Source: Methanobacteriota archaeon
GTDB lineage: Archaea > Thermoplasmatota > Poseidoniia > Poseidoniales > Poseidoniaceae
Direction of reading: 5' to 3'
Assembly (NCBI GenBank): GCA_011525095.1
Contig: WTIV01000096.1
Span: forward strand, 1-29,773
DNA: 29,773 bases
The position numbers were made by a program, and so were the translations under genes. Within the stretch, counting starts at the first letter, position 1. The number at the start of each line of letters is the position of its first letter. Below, piece after piece: positions 1-7,937 of the stretch. Below the pieces are notes generated by a model. That model had not been told where the DNA came from. It made no database searches and worked only from the letters and a program-made list of their open reading frames with translations.

Positions 1-1
1 T

Positions 2-805
2 TTAGATTTAGAGCATCATCAATACATCCTAGAAGAGGATTCTTTCAACTCACGTCTACCTGACTTAGCATGGCATGGTGAAGACCTCGACTTGACGGTC
101 TTGTTTTTCCAGCCACTTTTCGCAAAGATGTCGGAATCCGTAACAGTCGGTCTATGCGGTCAAGGTGCAGACGAACTACACGCAGGATATCCTAGGTACC
201 GTGATTTGTCTGCCCATGCAAATGAAATTCAATCAAGGTTAGATGATTTGAATTGTGACCTAAGCGAACTTACTGGTGAAGAATGGTGGGCTGCAGACCA
301 CTCACCAAAATCTCATTGTGAAAGTTTGCAAGACTTTTTGCAGTTTGAATTAGATCACGGGCAATTGTCTAACTTCCAATTAAGGTTAGTCGACAGGCAT
401 TCAATGGCACATGGTCTGGAGGTTAGGGTTCCTTTCTTGGGTTACCGGCATAGAGATGCTTCAAACAAGTTGCCAATCGACTGGAGGCTACCTAGCAGTT
501 TGGAAGAAAAAGCAGCACTGAGAAAGGCTGCGGATTTGACAGACTTGCCCGCAGAAATTGTGCGTAGGCCAAAATTGCCAGCAGGAAGAGCAACTTCCCC
601 ACGTATGATCGATGCCATAGTTGAAGAATTACAGCCGCGAGTAGAAGATATCGCTGCACGCCACCCGACTATGGAAAAGGCCCTCTTGAAACAACCAGAT
701 ATTGCAATAGGGCTAGGTCTGTTTGAAGCGATGCACATTCTTGATGGCGGCAGAAGCAGGAAAACCGGAGACGCTGCATCATTACTCGATGAGGTGATTG
801 GATGA
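2..805 (+). CDS. asnB: Asparagine synthase (glutamine-hydrolysing) family protein, C-terminal part; 5'-truncated by the window edge
   Basis: The frame is open from position 2 (LDLEHHQY...), so the ORF-track start at 92 is internal. GQGADELHAGY matches the SGEGADElFgGY motif and DRHSMAHGLEVRVPFL matches DRmSMAhglEvRvPFL. True substrate unknown. Confidence 0.85.
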   Translation, partial: LDLEHHQYILEEDSFNSRLPDLAWHGEDLDLTVLFFQPLFAKMSESVTVGLCGQGADELHAGYPRYRDLSAHANEIQSRLDDLNCDLSELTGEEWWAADHSPKSHCESLQDFLQFELDHGQLSNFQLRLVDRHSMAHGLEVRVPFLGYRHRDASNKLPIDWRLPSSLEEKAALRKAADLTDLPAEIVRRPKLPAGRATSPRMIDAIVEELQPRVEDIAARHPTMEKALLKQPDIAIGLGLFEAMHILDGGRSRKTGDAASLLDEVIG

Positions 806-2007
806 CATTTGTGCACGACCTAACTCAAAAATTAGAAGATAATAGAGAACTGATTAGTGAATGGATGGCAAAGAAACGCAGTGAAGTTCCAATACCAATT
901 TATGGAAGCGTGGACATTAGAGACGCAGGTTGGAAAGTTGCAGTTGTGGATGCTAACCACTTCCCAGCAGGTTTCAACAATACTTCACCAGAGGATGAAC
1001 CACATCTTTCTGCACTGCTTAGAAATCACATTAAGCGTAAGCACGAAGGATGTACTTGGGTCCATCTTTATCCTGAGTCTCATACAAGAAATCCGGGGTA
1101 TGTAGAGAATGTTGCAACAATTAAGCGTTTGATTGAAGCAGCAGGATTCAGATGTACGGTTGGCTCGCCCGAACTAGAAGAGCATGGTTCTCTGGATGGA
1201 ATTACGGGTCCTTTGAAATTAGATGCTGTTGAAATTGAAGGAGATAATCTGCTAATTGATGGAGAGAATCCATGTCTTGTACTGTTGAATAACGACCTAA
1301 CAGAAGGCATGGTCGGTGGACTTGGCGCACACCAAGTTTCACCACCACCTCACATGGGCTGGCAGAGGAGAAGAAAAAGCGAGCACTATGAGTGTCTACA
1401 ATCATACGTCAATGAAATAGCTGAAATTCTTGAAATCGATCCATGGCACCTCCTATCCAGTTGGTTCGTTTCTGAAGATAAGTGCCTCGAGAAAGAATCA
1501 TGCCGCCAAATGCTAGCGGCTGAAGTCGATGAATTCCTAGCAAGAATCGAGGCCAAATATCAGACATTAGGAATTGATAGAGAGCCTGTTGCATTTATCA
1601 AAAACGACCGTGGCACCTACGGTCTAGGAATAATGGCTGTAAAAAGTGGGAGCGAATTGTTGAATCTCTCTAATAGAAAATTCAAGCGACTAATGTACTC
1701 TAAAGGCGGAGTAGATGTAGAAAATTTCCTAATTCAAGAGGGTGTTCCAACCGCAATTAATACCGATGAGGGAGCACCAGTAGAACCAGTAGTTTACCTT
1801 GTAGATGGAGAAGCTGCATCTTGGTTTTACCGAATAAATGCAAAGAAGGGAGAGATGGAAAACCTAAATTCGCCCTCGGCTGAGTTCAAACCATACAGCG
1901 AGGTAGGCATACAGTTTGGTGAGCATGCACATGGTTGGCACGCACTTGTGTCAGAATTGTCAATGCTTGCTATGGGCGCTGAATCTCAAAAACAGATGGA
2001 GGGTTGA
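802..2007 (+). CDS. gshA: Glutamate-cysteine ligase, ATP-grasp GshA family (PF08886-like)
   Basis: PIYGSVDIRDAGWKVAVVDANHFPAGFNN, IKNDRGTYGLGIM, LIQEGV, EPVVY and ENLNSP all match this family. ATGA overlap with the upstream stop. Confidence 0.8.
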   Translation: MTFVHDLTQKLEDNRELISEWMAKKRSEVPIPIYGSVDIRDAGWKVAVVDANHFPAGFNNTSPEDEPHLSALLRNHIKRKHEGCTWVHLYPESHTRNPGYVENVATIKRLIEAAGFRCTVGSPELEEHGSLDGITGPLKLDAVEIEGDNLLIDGENPCLVLLNNDLTEGMVGGLGAHQVSPPPHMGWQRRRKSEHYECLQSYVNEIAEILEIDPWHLLSSWFVSEDKCLEKESCRQMLAAEVDEFLARIEAKYQTLGIDREPVAFIKNDRGTYGLGIMAVKSGSELLNLSNRKFKRLMYSKGGVDVENFLIQEGVPTAINTDEGAPVEPVVYLVDGEAASWFYRINAKKGEMENLNSPSAEFKPYSEVGIQFGEHAHGWHALVSELSMLAMGAESQKQMEG

Positions 2008-2008
2008 T

Positions 2009-2992
2009 TTGCGAATTCACTGCTTGGGAGGGGGTTTAGTTGGCTCCTTCGTGACCAGAAAGTTGGTCGAAGCGGGTTTCGACGTACATCTGTACGACGT
2101 AACTGAAAGACAGACAACTGCAACTTTTCATCTCGAGGATGCCTTGCAGGCAAACCATGATTTGGCAGATTTTGTTGTCAACATGCTACCGGGTTCCCTT
2201 GGTAATCAGATGACATCCATCCTCAAAGATTCTAGTCTGAAAATAGTAGATCTATCATTCAGTGAAACAACACCAGATACGCTAACTGATGTCAGTAGTT
2301 CGATTCTTTGGGATGTAGGAATTGCTCCTGGTTTATCGAATATGCTAGTCTCAATGGCAGTCAGAGAATTCGGAACTCTTGATGAAGTCACAATCAAAGT
2401 TGGCGGTAATCCTGCTCAACCAGACGGCGAATGGTCGTACATGGCTCCGTTTTCACCTCATGATGTCATCGCTGAATACACAAGACCTGCAAGGATAATC
2501 TCGAATGGCGAAAAAGTAAGCGTACCAGCAATCAGTGAACTACATTCAATCGATGCAAATGGCAGGCAAATGGATGCATTCCTAACCGATGGTTTACGCT
2601 CACTACTAGACCTCCCTGTCAAGAATATGGGGGAATATACGGTTAGGTGGCCGGGTCATATTCAGAAATATCAGGAGAGTGAGTTAAACCCTGATGAATT
2701 GATTGAGGCTTGGAAAATGGACCTCGCAAAGGCTGAGTTCACTTGGATGGAAGTTTTCATCAAGTCGGGCGAGAATACACAGAGATGGATTGTCGAAGAT
2801 AATGGAAAAGAAAACGATTCCAGTATGGCAAGAACCACAGGTCTAGTCACTGCAAGTTGTGTCATCGCTTGGGTTGACCGACCTGAAATGCTTGGTAGTG
2901 GAGTTTTTGCCCCAGAGGATCTGCCCAGCGAAGTTATTGAACTAGTAATCGAAGTAATGCGTTCAGAAGGCGTTTCAATAGAACTACACTGA
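2009..2992 (+). CDS. Saccharopine dehydrogenase / lysine 6-dehydrogenase family NAD(P)-dependent oxidoreductase
   Basis: Rossmann start RIHCLGGGLVG; VVNMLPG; DVGIAPGLSN; YMAPFSPHDVIAEYTRPA; SMARTTG. Probable TTG start at 2009 after GGAGGG, 1 nt past the gshA stop; the ORF-track start at 1916 is too far upstream. Confidence 0.8.
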   Translation: MRIHCLGGGLVGSFVTRKLVEAGFDVHLYDVTERQTTATFHLEDALQANHDLADFVVNMLPGSLGNQMTSILKDSSLKIVDLSFSETTPDTLTDVSSSILWDVGIAPGLSNMLVSMAVREFGTLDEVTIKVGGNPAQPDGEWSYMAPFSPHDVIAEYTRPARIISNGEKVSVPAISELHSIDANGRQMDAFLTDGLRSLLDLPVKNMGEYTVRWPGHIQKYQESELNPDELIEAWKMDLAKAEFTWMEVFIKSGENTQRWIVEDNGKENDSSMARTTGLVTASCVIAWVDRPEMLGSGVFAPEDLPSEVIELVIEVMRSEGVSIELH

Positions 2993-3002
2993 TGGTGATT
3001 TG

Positions 3003-3650
3003 ATGCGCAGGGTTGCAGTTTACGCATTAACAATCGGCATTGGTTTGTATGTTAGTGCAAAGTATGCTGAATGGCCTGTAAATATCTGGTGCTTGGGTCT
3101 ATTTGCTTGGTTATTCAAAGAGGCTGAAAGAAAAGAGCGGATTGAGATGTTGACCGTGTTAGCATTTGCGACTCCAATGGAACTGTTTTTCTCAGAGGTT
3201 TGGTTAATTTACGAATATCAACGTGGATTAATGCCTCTATTCGTACCGGTTGGCCACTGGTTCTTATTTGATGCAGGTCGAAGGCTGAGTCAATATCTTG
3301 CAGCAGATAAAGCGATGTTGAGTTTGCTGCCGTTTGTGCCTTTAGTCGCTTACGGGGTATGGACTGGCGGAGATACCTCTGCAGTATTTTTGCTAGTCTT
3401 GGTTCTTGTTTTCACCAGATGGGGCCCACAGCCAGCACTCTATGCAACAATGGCTTGGGCTGCTCTTCTGATGGAGTTATGGGGGACATATCTTACAAAT
3501 TGGACATGGGCAAATGAAGTTCCATGGACGGGACTCACGGCATGGAATCCTCCTCTTCTTGTTGGAGCATTCTATTGCCTTGGAGACTGGTTGGTGAATA
3601 TTTCAGTAGAGAGGTTTGAAAGTAAGCACCCAGTGGAGGTAGATGTATGA
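3003..3650 (+). CDS. Hypothetical multi-pass membrane protein (~7 hydrophobic segments)
   Basis: 216-aa ORF, GGTGA RBS at 2994-2998, hydrophobic and Trp-rich, ATGA overlap with the next gene. Confidence 0.75.
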   Translation: MRRVAVYALTIGIGLYVSAKYAEWPVNIWCLGLFAWLFKEAERKERIEMLTVLAFATPMELFFSEVWLIYEYQRGLMPLFVPVGHWFLFDAGRRLSQYLAADKAMLSLLPFVPLVAYGVWTGGDTSAVFLLVLVLVFTRWGPQPALYATMAWAALLMELWGTYLTNWTWANEVPWTGLTAWNPPLLVGAFYCLGDWLVNISVERFESKHPVEVDV

Positions 3651-3979
3651 CCTCGCGTGATGATTTGGCCAAGCGTCGCGAAGCTGAGGCTGAGCGAATC
3701 GCTATCTCTCTTGCTAGGCAAAAAGGAGAGAGAAGGTCCACTATCAAAGGTGGCGAGGGAACTGTTGCTTGGGTTACAGAGAACTTGTGTATTGGTTGTG
3801 ACCAATGCACGATAGTTTGCGATGATGATGCTATTGAACTGTACTTCAAGGACATGGCTTCTCCACTGCTTCAAGTCCCAAGTAACAGAAAAGCGAGAAT
3901 TATTCGAGATGCTTGCACAGGGTGCCGGTTGTGTGTGCTAGCATGTCCAACAGACGCAATTACGATGATTGATAGGTGA
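3647..3979 (+). CDS. 2x[4Fe-4S] dicluster ferredoxin-like protein with charged N-terminal extension
   Basis: CIGCDQCTIVC and CTGCRLCVLACP motifs (CxxCxxCxxxC twice). Confidence 0.85.
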   Translation: MTSRDDLAKRREAEAERIAISLARQKGERRSTIKGGEGTVAWVTENLCIGCDQCTIVCDDDAIELYFKDMASPLLQVPSNRKARIIRDACTGCRLCVLACPTDAITMIDR

Positions 3980-3983
3980 TAAT

Positions 3984-4256
3984 ATGTCAAAACAACCAGA
4001 ACATGAAGGCGCACAAAGATTCGGGGGAGAATTCGGTCCAAAGAGGGGATCAAATACTACAGGCGTTTCTCTATCGACATTCAAGACTCTAGTTTGGGTG
4101 TCAAACATTGGTGGGCTGCTACTAGTTGTATTCGCACTAGAATTCCTGTTTGTTCAGCAAGAATTTGGTATGGGTCTTGGGTTCCTAATTGCAGGTGTTA
4201 TAGTCGCTCTATTCCCCTCAAATTACGAAATTAGAGGAATGGAAGAGGAACCCTGA
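3984..4256 (+). CDS. Small hypothetical membrane protein (2 TM)
   Basis: ATG at 3984 behind AGGTGA; two hydrophobic stretches; in line with the operon. Confidence 0.65.
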   Translation: MSKQPEHEGAQRFGGEFGPKRGSNTTGVSLSTFKTLVWVSNIGGLLLVVFALEFLFVQQEFGMGLGFLIAGVIVALFPSNYEIRGMEEEP

Positions 4257-4258
4257 AA

Positions 4259-5050
4259 TCATTCGATTTCGAATCTTTCTTCACACGTTGGACACTTTAC
4301 TTTGCCCTTGTAGTCACTCGGTACTTTCAGTGGAGAATCACAATGTGCACAATTGATGACAATCTTGGTTTCAACATCATTTCTGTTGCCCCACATCAAT
4401 GGTATCGGTGAGAACCAATCTGCTGTATCGATTAGCGACCTGAGATATTTTGGCGAACCATCTCTGAAATTTGATGGATCTGCAGTTAGCAGTGGTAGTG
4501 CTACAATTAGCATACAGAATCCTGAACAGAATAATGAGAAACCAACCGATCCTTCACCCGTTCCTTGTCCTACTGACAAGAAGCTGCCTTGTTTGTCAAT
4601 ATAGATGAGTGAAAGCAACCCTGAAATTACTAAGGTAATCAAGGCAAAATACAGTCCAACTCGATACCCCTGCACAGACAGTATCCCACTGAAAACGAAC
4701 GCTGTTCCGATAAATAAGACAAAGAAGTATTCCTCATCATCAGCAAACATCCCCCAAAAGAGCCTAAACAAACCGTACAAGATTATTAGGAATCCAGTAA
4801 TTTGAACAACACTGGTTGTGTTATTTGTGATGAAGATTTGTTGAGGCTGCCCACCATACATCTGTTGCCCATACATTTGCTGCTGTGCAAAATTGACCTG
4901 TTGTTGCGGGATTGATACAGACTGTGGTTGCTTAGACTCATCATCTTCCATTAGTCTGATTACGACTTCAGCCTTGTTACCACTAACTTTGAGGCCTCTG
5001 TCTTTACACATCGTCTTGAGTTCAAGAAGAGTAAGACTGTCGTAATCCAT
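4259..5050 (-). CDS. SAP-domain / 4-TM / C-terminal zinc-ribbon protein
   Basis: N-terminus YDSLTLLELKTMCKDRGLKVSGNKAEVVIRL fits the SAP consensus. It is followed by a Gln-rich linker, four hydrophobic helices and a C-terminal CAHC-x15-CPTC. Confidence 0.75.
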   Translation of the reverse strand: MDYDSLTLLELKTMCKDRGLKVSGNKAEVVIRLMEDDESKQPQSVSIPQQQVNFAQQQMYGQQMYGGQPQQIFITNNTTSVVQITGFLIILYGLFRLFWGMFADDEEYFFVLFIGTAFVFSGILSVQGYRVGLYFALITLVISGLLSLIYIDKQGSFLSVGQGTGEGSVGFSLFCSGFCMLIVALPLLTADPSNFRDGSPKYLRSLIDTADWFSPIPLMWGNRNDVETKIVINCAHCDSPLKVPSDYKGKVKCPTCEERFEIE

Positions 5051-5116
5051 GAGATGAACTTGTCAATCTCACTAATCAAGTTTAACCCGATTTTTGTTAT
5101 CGAGTGCTTGGTTTGT

Positions 5117-7921
5117 TTATGCTTCAACAGAAACTCTCGACGTACTTGCTTCTTCAGCAAGTGACTTCTTTGCTTCAACCTGGCGTGCTAGGAATGATAC
5201 AACATCGAGAATCTCGATGTCATGCCTTTCATCGCCTTCGAACTTGAGACACTCAAAGTGAGAAACACACTTTGGACAGGATGTAATCATCATGTCTGCG
5301 CCAGTGTTGCGGATTTCCTCCATTCTGGATACTCTCAGTGCACGAGCGTTCTCATTACAAGACATCATGCTTGAGACACCACAGCACATTGCATCTTCGC
5401 CATGGTGCTCCATCTCTACGAGTTCAACTCCTTCGACTCCAGCAACTAGTTCACGTGGTTCATCATAGATACCCATCTGTCTACCTAGTCTACATGGGTC
5501 GTGATAGGTAACTGTCAATTCATCTTCTGCCTTCATCTGCATGTCGAATCCATTTTCGATTAGGAATTCTGTTGTATGCATGACTTTGACGCCTTCTAAT
5601 TCGTAATCACGAGCGAATGTTCTGAAACATTCAGCGCATGAGGAAACTAGTGTGTCAATTCCGGATGCTTCGATCTTCTTCTGGTTGTATGCCTTGAGTT
5701 TGTCAAACACCTCATCAAGACCTTGCCACTTCTGGTCGTGTCCACAACACTTCAGGAAGTCACGTCCGAGATATGAGACATCTGTTCCCATCTCTTCGAA
5801 TAGTGTGAATGCTGCAGTTGTTGTTTCTCCTAGGTCCATCGAGCCTTCGTTTAGGTGGCTGAACACCATCTCTTGGTCTAGGTAGTCTACACATCCTGGA
5901 TAGTAGCCGATGTTTGAATCGATTGGGTAATCTTCGACTGAAACGAAATCAGCGTCACTCTCTTCCTCCGCTTCTGCAGCTAGTACTGCTTGCAGGACAG
6001 TGTGAGGGATTTCAGCAGCTGGACCACCGACGATCAACGAGCGGCGAATGTCAACATATGAATCGTAGTTGACCAATTGTGGACATGCGTTTGTACATGC
6101 AGTACATGTTAAACACGAATACAGCGGTACACCATCGTCTTCGTTATTCCATGAGTTGTAAATGATGTTCAACTTGTCACCAGCGTTGAAGAGTCTGACA
6201 GGACATGCATCGTCACATAGGTCACAGCCGTAACACTTGTTCATCTCGAACTCATATCCACGAGCCATGTTTCTCAATACCACGAATGTGATTGCACCTG
6301 CGGTAATACAAGGGATGAACATAGCATAAGTCAACTTAGCATCCAATGCTAGAGGGTTAGTGTGGTAAGTTGGGTTTACGATAACTCCCATGTTCTCACC
6401 TTCTAACTCCATGTTCAGGGAGTTAGATAGGTCGACAGTCATTCCAGCAAGACCGTTTCCAGCATCGTCATCATAGAGAAGAAGTGGCTGGAATGCTTGA
6501 ATTGTGAATAAGGTTTCAACAGTAACTGAATTGTTTGCTCTTAGGCCATCTGTTGATTCTACCTTAAACTCATAGTCGTATGTACCTGAAGCAAGTTCAA
6601 TTCCTAACTCACCTGTGTTACAATCGGTATTGACTACAACGTCGCCACTGTCTCTCTGTGTGATAACTAGGCTTGATTGAATCATTCCAGAGGTGGAGTC
6701 TCCACCATCAATTAGAACTTCACTCGCTCTTGTAGCACACGTAGCGTCTAGAGGTACTGTAGTGAAGTCGTTGTCTTCAGGCCAGTAATCATCGGTGATG
6801 ATGAACGAACCTGTTGCCCATACAGTTTCATCAGCAGAATAATTCTGTAGTCCAGATTTACCATTTACACCAGAATCTAAATCTTGGTGTCCGTTATTGT
6901 CTGAGAAATCAATGAGATAATACCGCGTTGGTTGGTATATGTTCCAATCCATCCATGCAGCTGCCGGAACTATGTCTCCATCGAATCCTTGCAGGTCCAT
7001 GAATTCGGTTCTCTCATTTACTTGAACATCGGTTGGTTGTGACCTCATCTCTTCCAATTTCTCATAATCGGAGATTGTTAGCAGTCCCTTTGCATCCCAG
7101 AATCCGTTATCGTAAACCGGGTATGTGACAACGCTTGCAGCAGTTGCAACGATGAAAGCACCAACGATGAGTTTCTTGCCGTGTGCTGGAGTGAATCTTG
7201 CACCCCATGCGTTGTTGAATAGCCACTTGGCGATGAAGTAGATCATTATCCAAAGAAGAATACCTGTCATTACCCAGGGTATCATGTTGAATAAATCAGC
7301 AATCCACGGGTCTCTCACACCACAGAGTAAATCACCATGGCTGTCTAACTTACAGAAGTCGCTTCTATTCTTCCCATACAATTCAAGGAAGATGTTGATT
7401 GAGAACACTGAGATAAACCAAATGTGAGCTAAGTAAACTACACCTGCACTAGCAAACCATGGGTCTTCAACAGGCCTCTTCTCACGACCGCCTAGGAATG
7501 GAGGTAGTGCTAGGATACCGACTGGGATTCCAGTGAGGAAAGCACCCCACCATGCAGCGTTCCATGGGAAAGATGGCTGCCCAAAGAAATCACCAATTGG
7601 TCCTAAAGGTACGTCAAACTGAGGTAGATATTCTCCCCATCGTAGGTATCCGTAAGAAAACAGCACATACCAATCAGGGAAAACGAATCCTGCTTGAGCG
7701 AATGGGTCCGCTGCACTGTGAAGTGGTGGTGGAATTAACCACGCGTAGAATAGAAGTGTGCATATCATGAAACCGAAGATAAGGCTGTCACGTAGAACTT
7801 CGTGAGGCCAGAAGCCGTGTCCTTCACGAGTACGCTTACGCTTTTCTTCAGCAGACTGCAACTGCTCTTTTTGATCCATGTATGAGGATGCTACTGCTCC
7901 AAAATTGTCTATAATTCCCAA
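5117..7921 (-). CDS. Fusion: cytochrome b6 subunit IV (PetD-like) + extra TMs + extracellular domain + 2x[4Fe-4S] + two CCG domains (HdrD/GlpC-like)
   Basis: FWPHEVL...PDWY (Qo motif at 7667-7678); CYGCDLCDDACP and CLTCTACTNACP; YYPGC..CCGH..SSCAEC and YHDPCRLGR..CCG..TSCPKC. One uninterrupted 934-aa ORF with TTG start behind AGGAGG. Confidence 0.85.
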   Translation of the reverse strand: MGIIDNFGAVASSYMDQKEQLQSAEEKRKRTREGHGFWPHEVLRDSLIFGFMICTLLFYAWLIPPPLHSAADPFAQAGFVFPDWYVLFSYGYLRWGEYLPQFDVPLGPIGDFFGQPSFPWNAAWWGAFLTGIPVGILALPPFLGGREKRPVEDPWFASAGVVYLAHIWFISVFSINIFLELYGKNRSDFCKLDSHGDLLCGVRDPWIADLFNMIPWVMTGILLWIMIYFIAKWLFNNAWGARFTPAHGKKLIVGAFIVATAASVVTYPVYDNGFWDAKGLLTISDYEKLEEMRSQPTDVQVNERTEFMDLQGFDGDIVPAAAWMDWNIYQPTRYYLIDFSDNNGHQDLDSGVNGKSGLQNYSADETVWATGSFIITDDYWPEDNDFTTVPLDATCATRASEVLIDGGDSTSGMIQSSLVITQRDSGDVVVNTDCNTGELGIELASGTYDYEFKVESTDGLRANNSVTVETLFTIQAFQPLLLYDDDAGNGLAGMTVDLSNSLNMELEGENMGVIVNPTYHTNPLALDAKLTYAMFIPCITAGAITFVVLRNMARGYEFEMNKCYGCDLCDDACPVRLFNAGDKLNIIYNSWNNEDDGVPLYSCLTCTACTNACPQLVNYDSYVDIRRSLIVGGPAAEIPHTVLQAVLAAEAEEESDADFVSVEDYPIDSNIGYYPGCVDYLDQEMVFSHLNEGSMDLGETTTAAFTLFEEMGTDVSYLGRDFLKCCGHDQKWQGLDEVFDKLKAYNQKKIEASGIDTLVSSCAECFRTFARDYELEGVKVMHTTEFLIENGFDMQMKAEDELTVTYHDPCRLGRQMGIYDEPRELVAGVEGVELVEMEHHGEDAMCCGVSSMMSCNENARALRVSRMEEIRNTGADMMITSCPKCVSHFECLKFEGDERHDIEILDVVSFLARQVEAKKSLAEEASTSRVSVEA

Positions 7922-7937
7922 ACTTTTCCCTCCTGTA

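Noticed and set aside
1916-2008. 93-nt overlap between gshA and the dehydrogenase
   Set aside because: The Rossmann motif starts right after a TTG at 2009 with its own RBS, so the upstream extension is an ORF-calling artefact.
5117-6235. Calling the CCG module evidence of methanogenesis or a true CoM-CoB heterodisulfide reductase
   Set aside because: CCG domains are widespread (GlpC, LutA, GlcF) and nothing else in the window points to methanogenesis; the substrate cannot be assigned from sequence.
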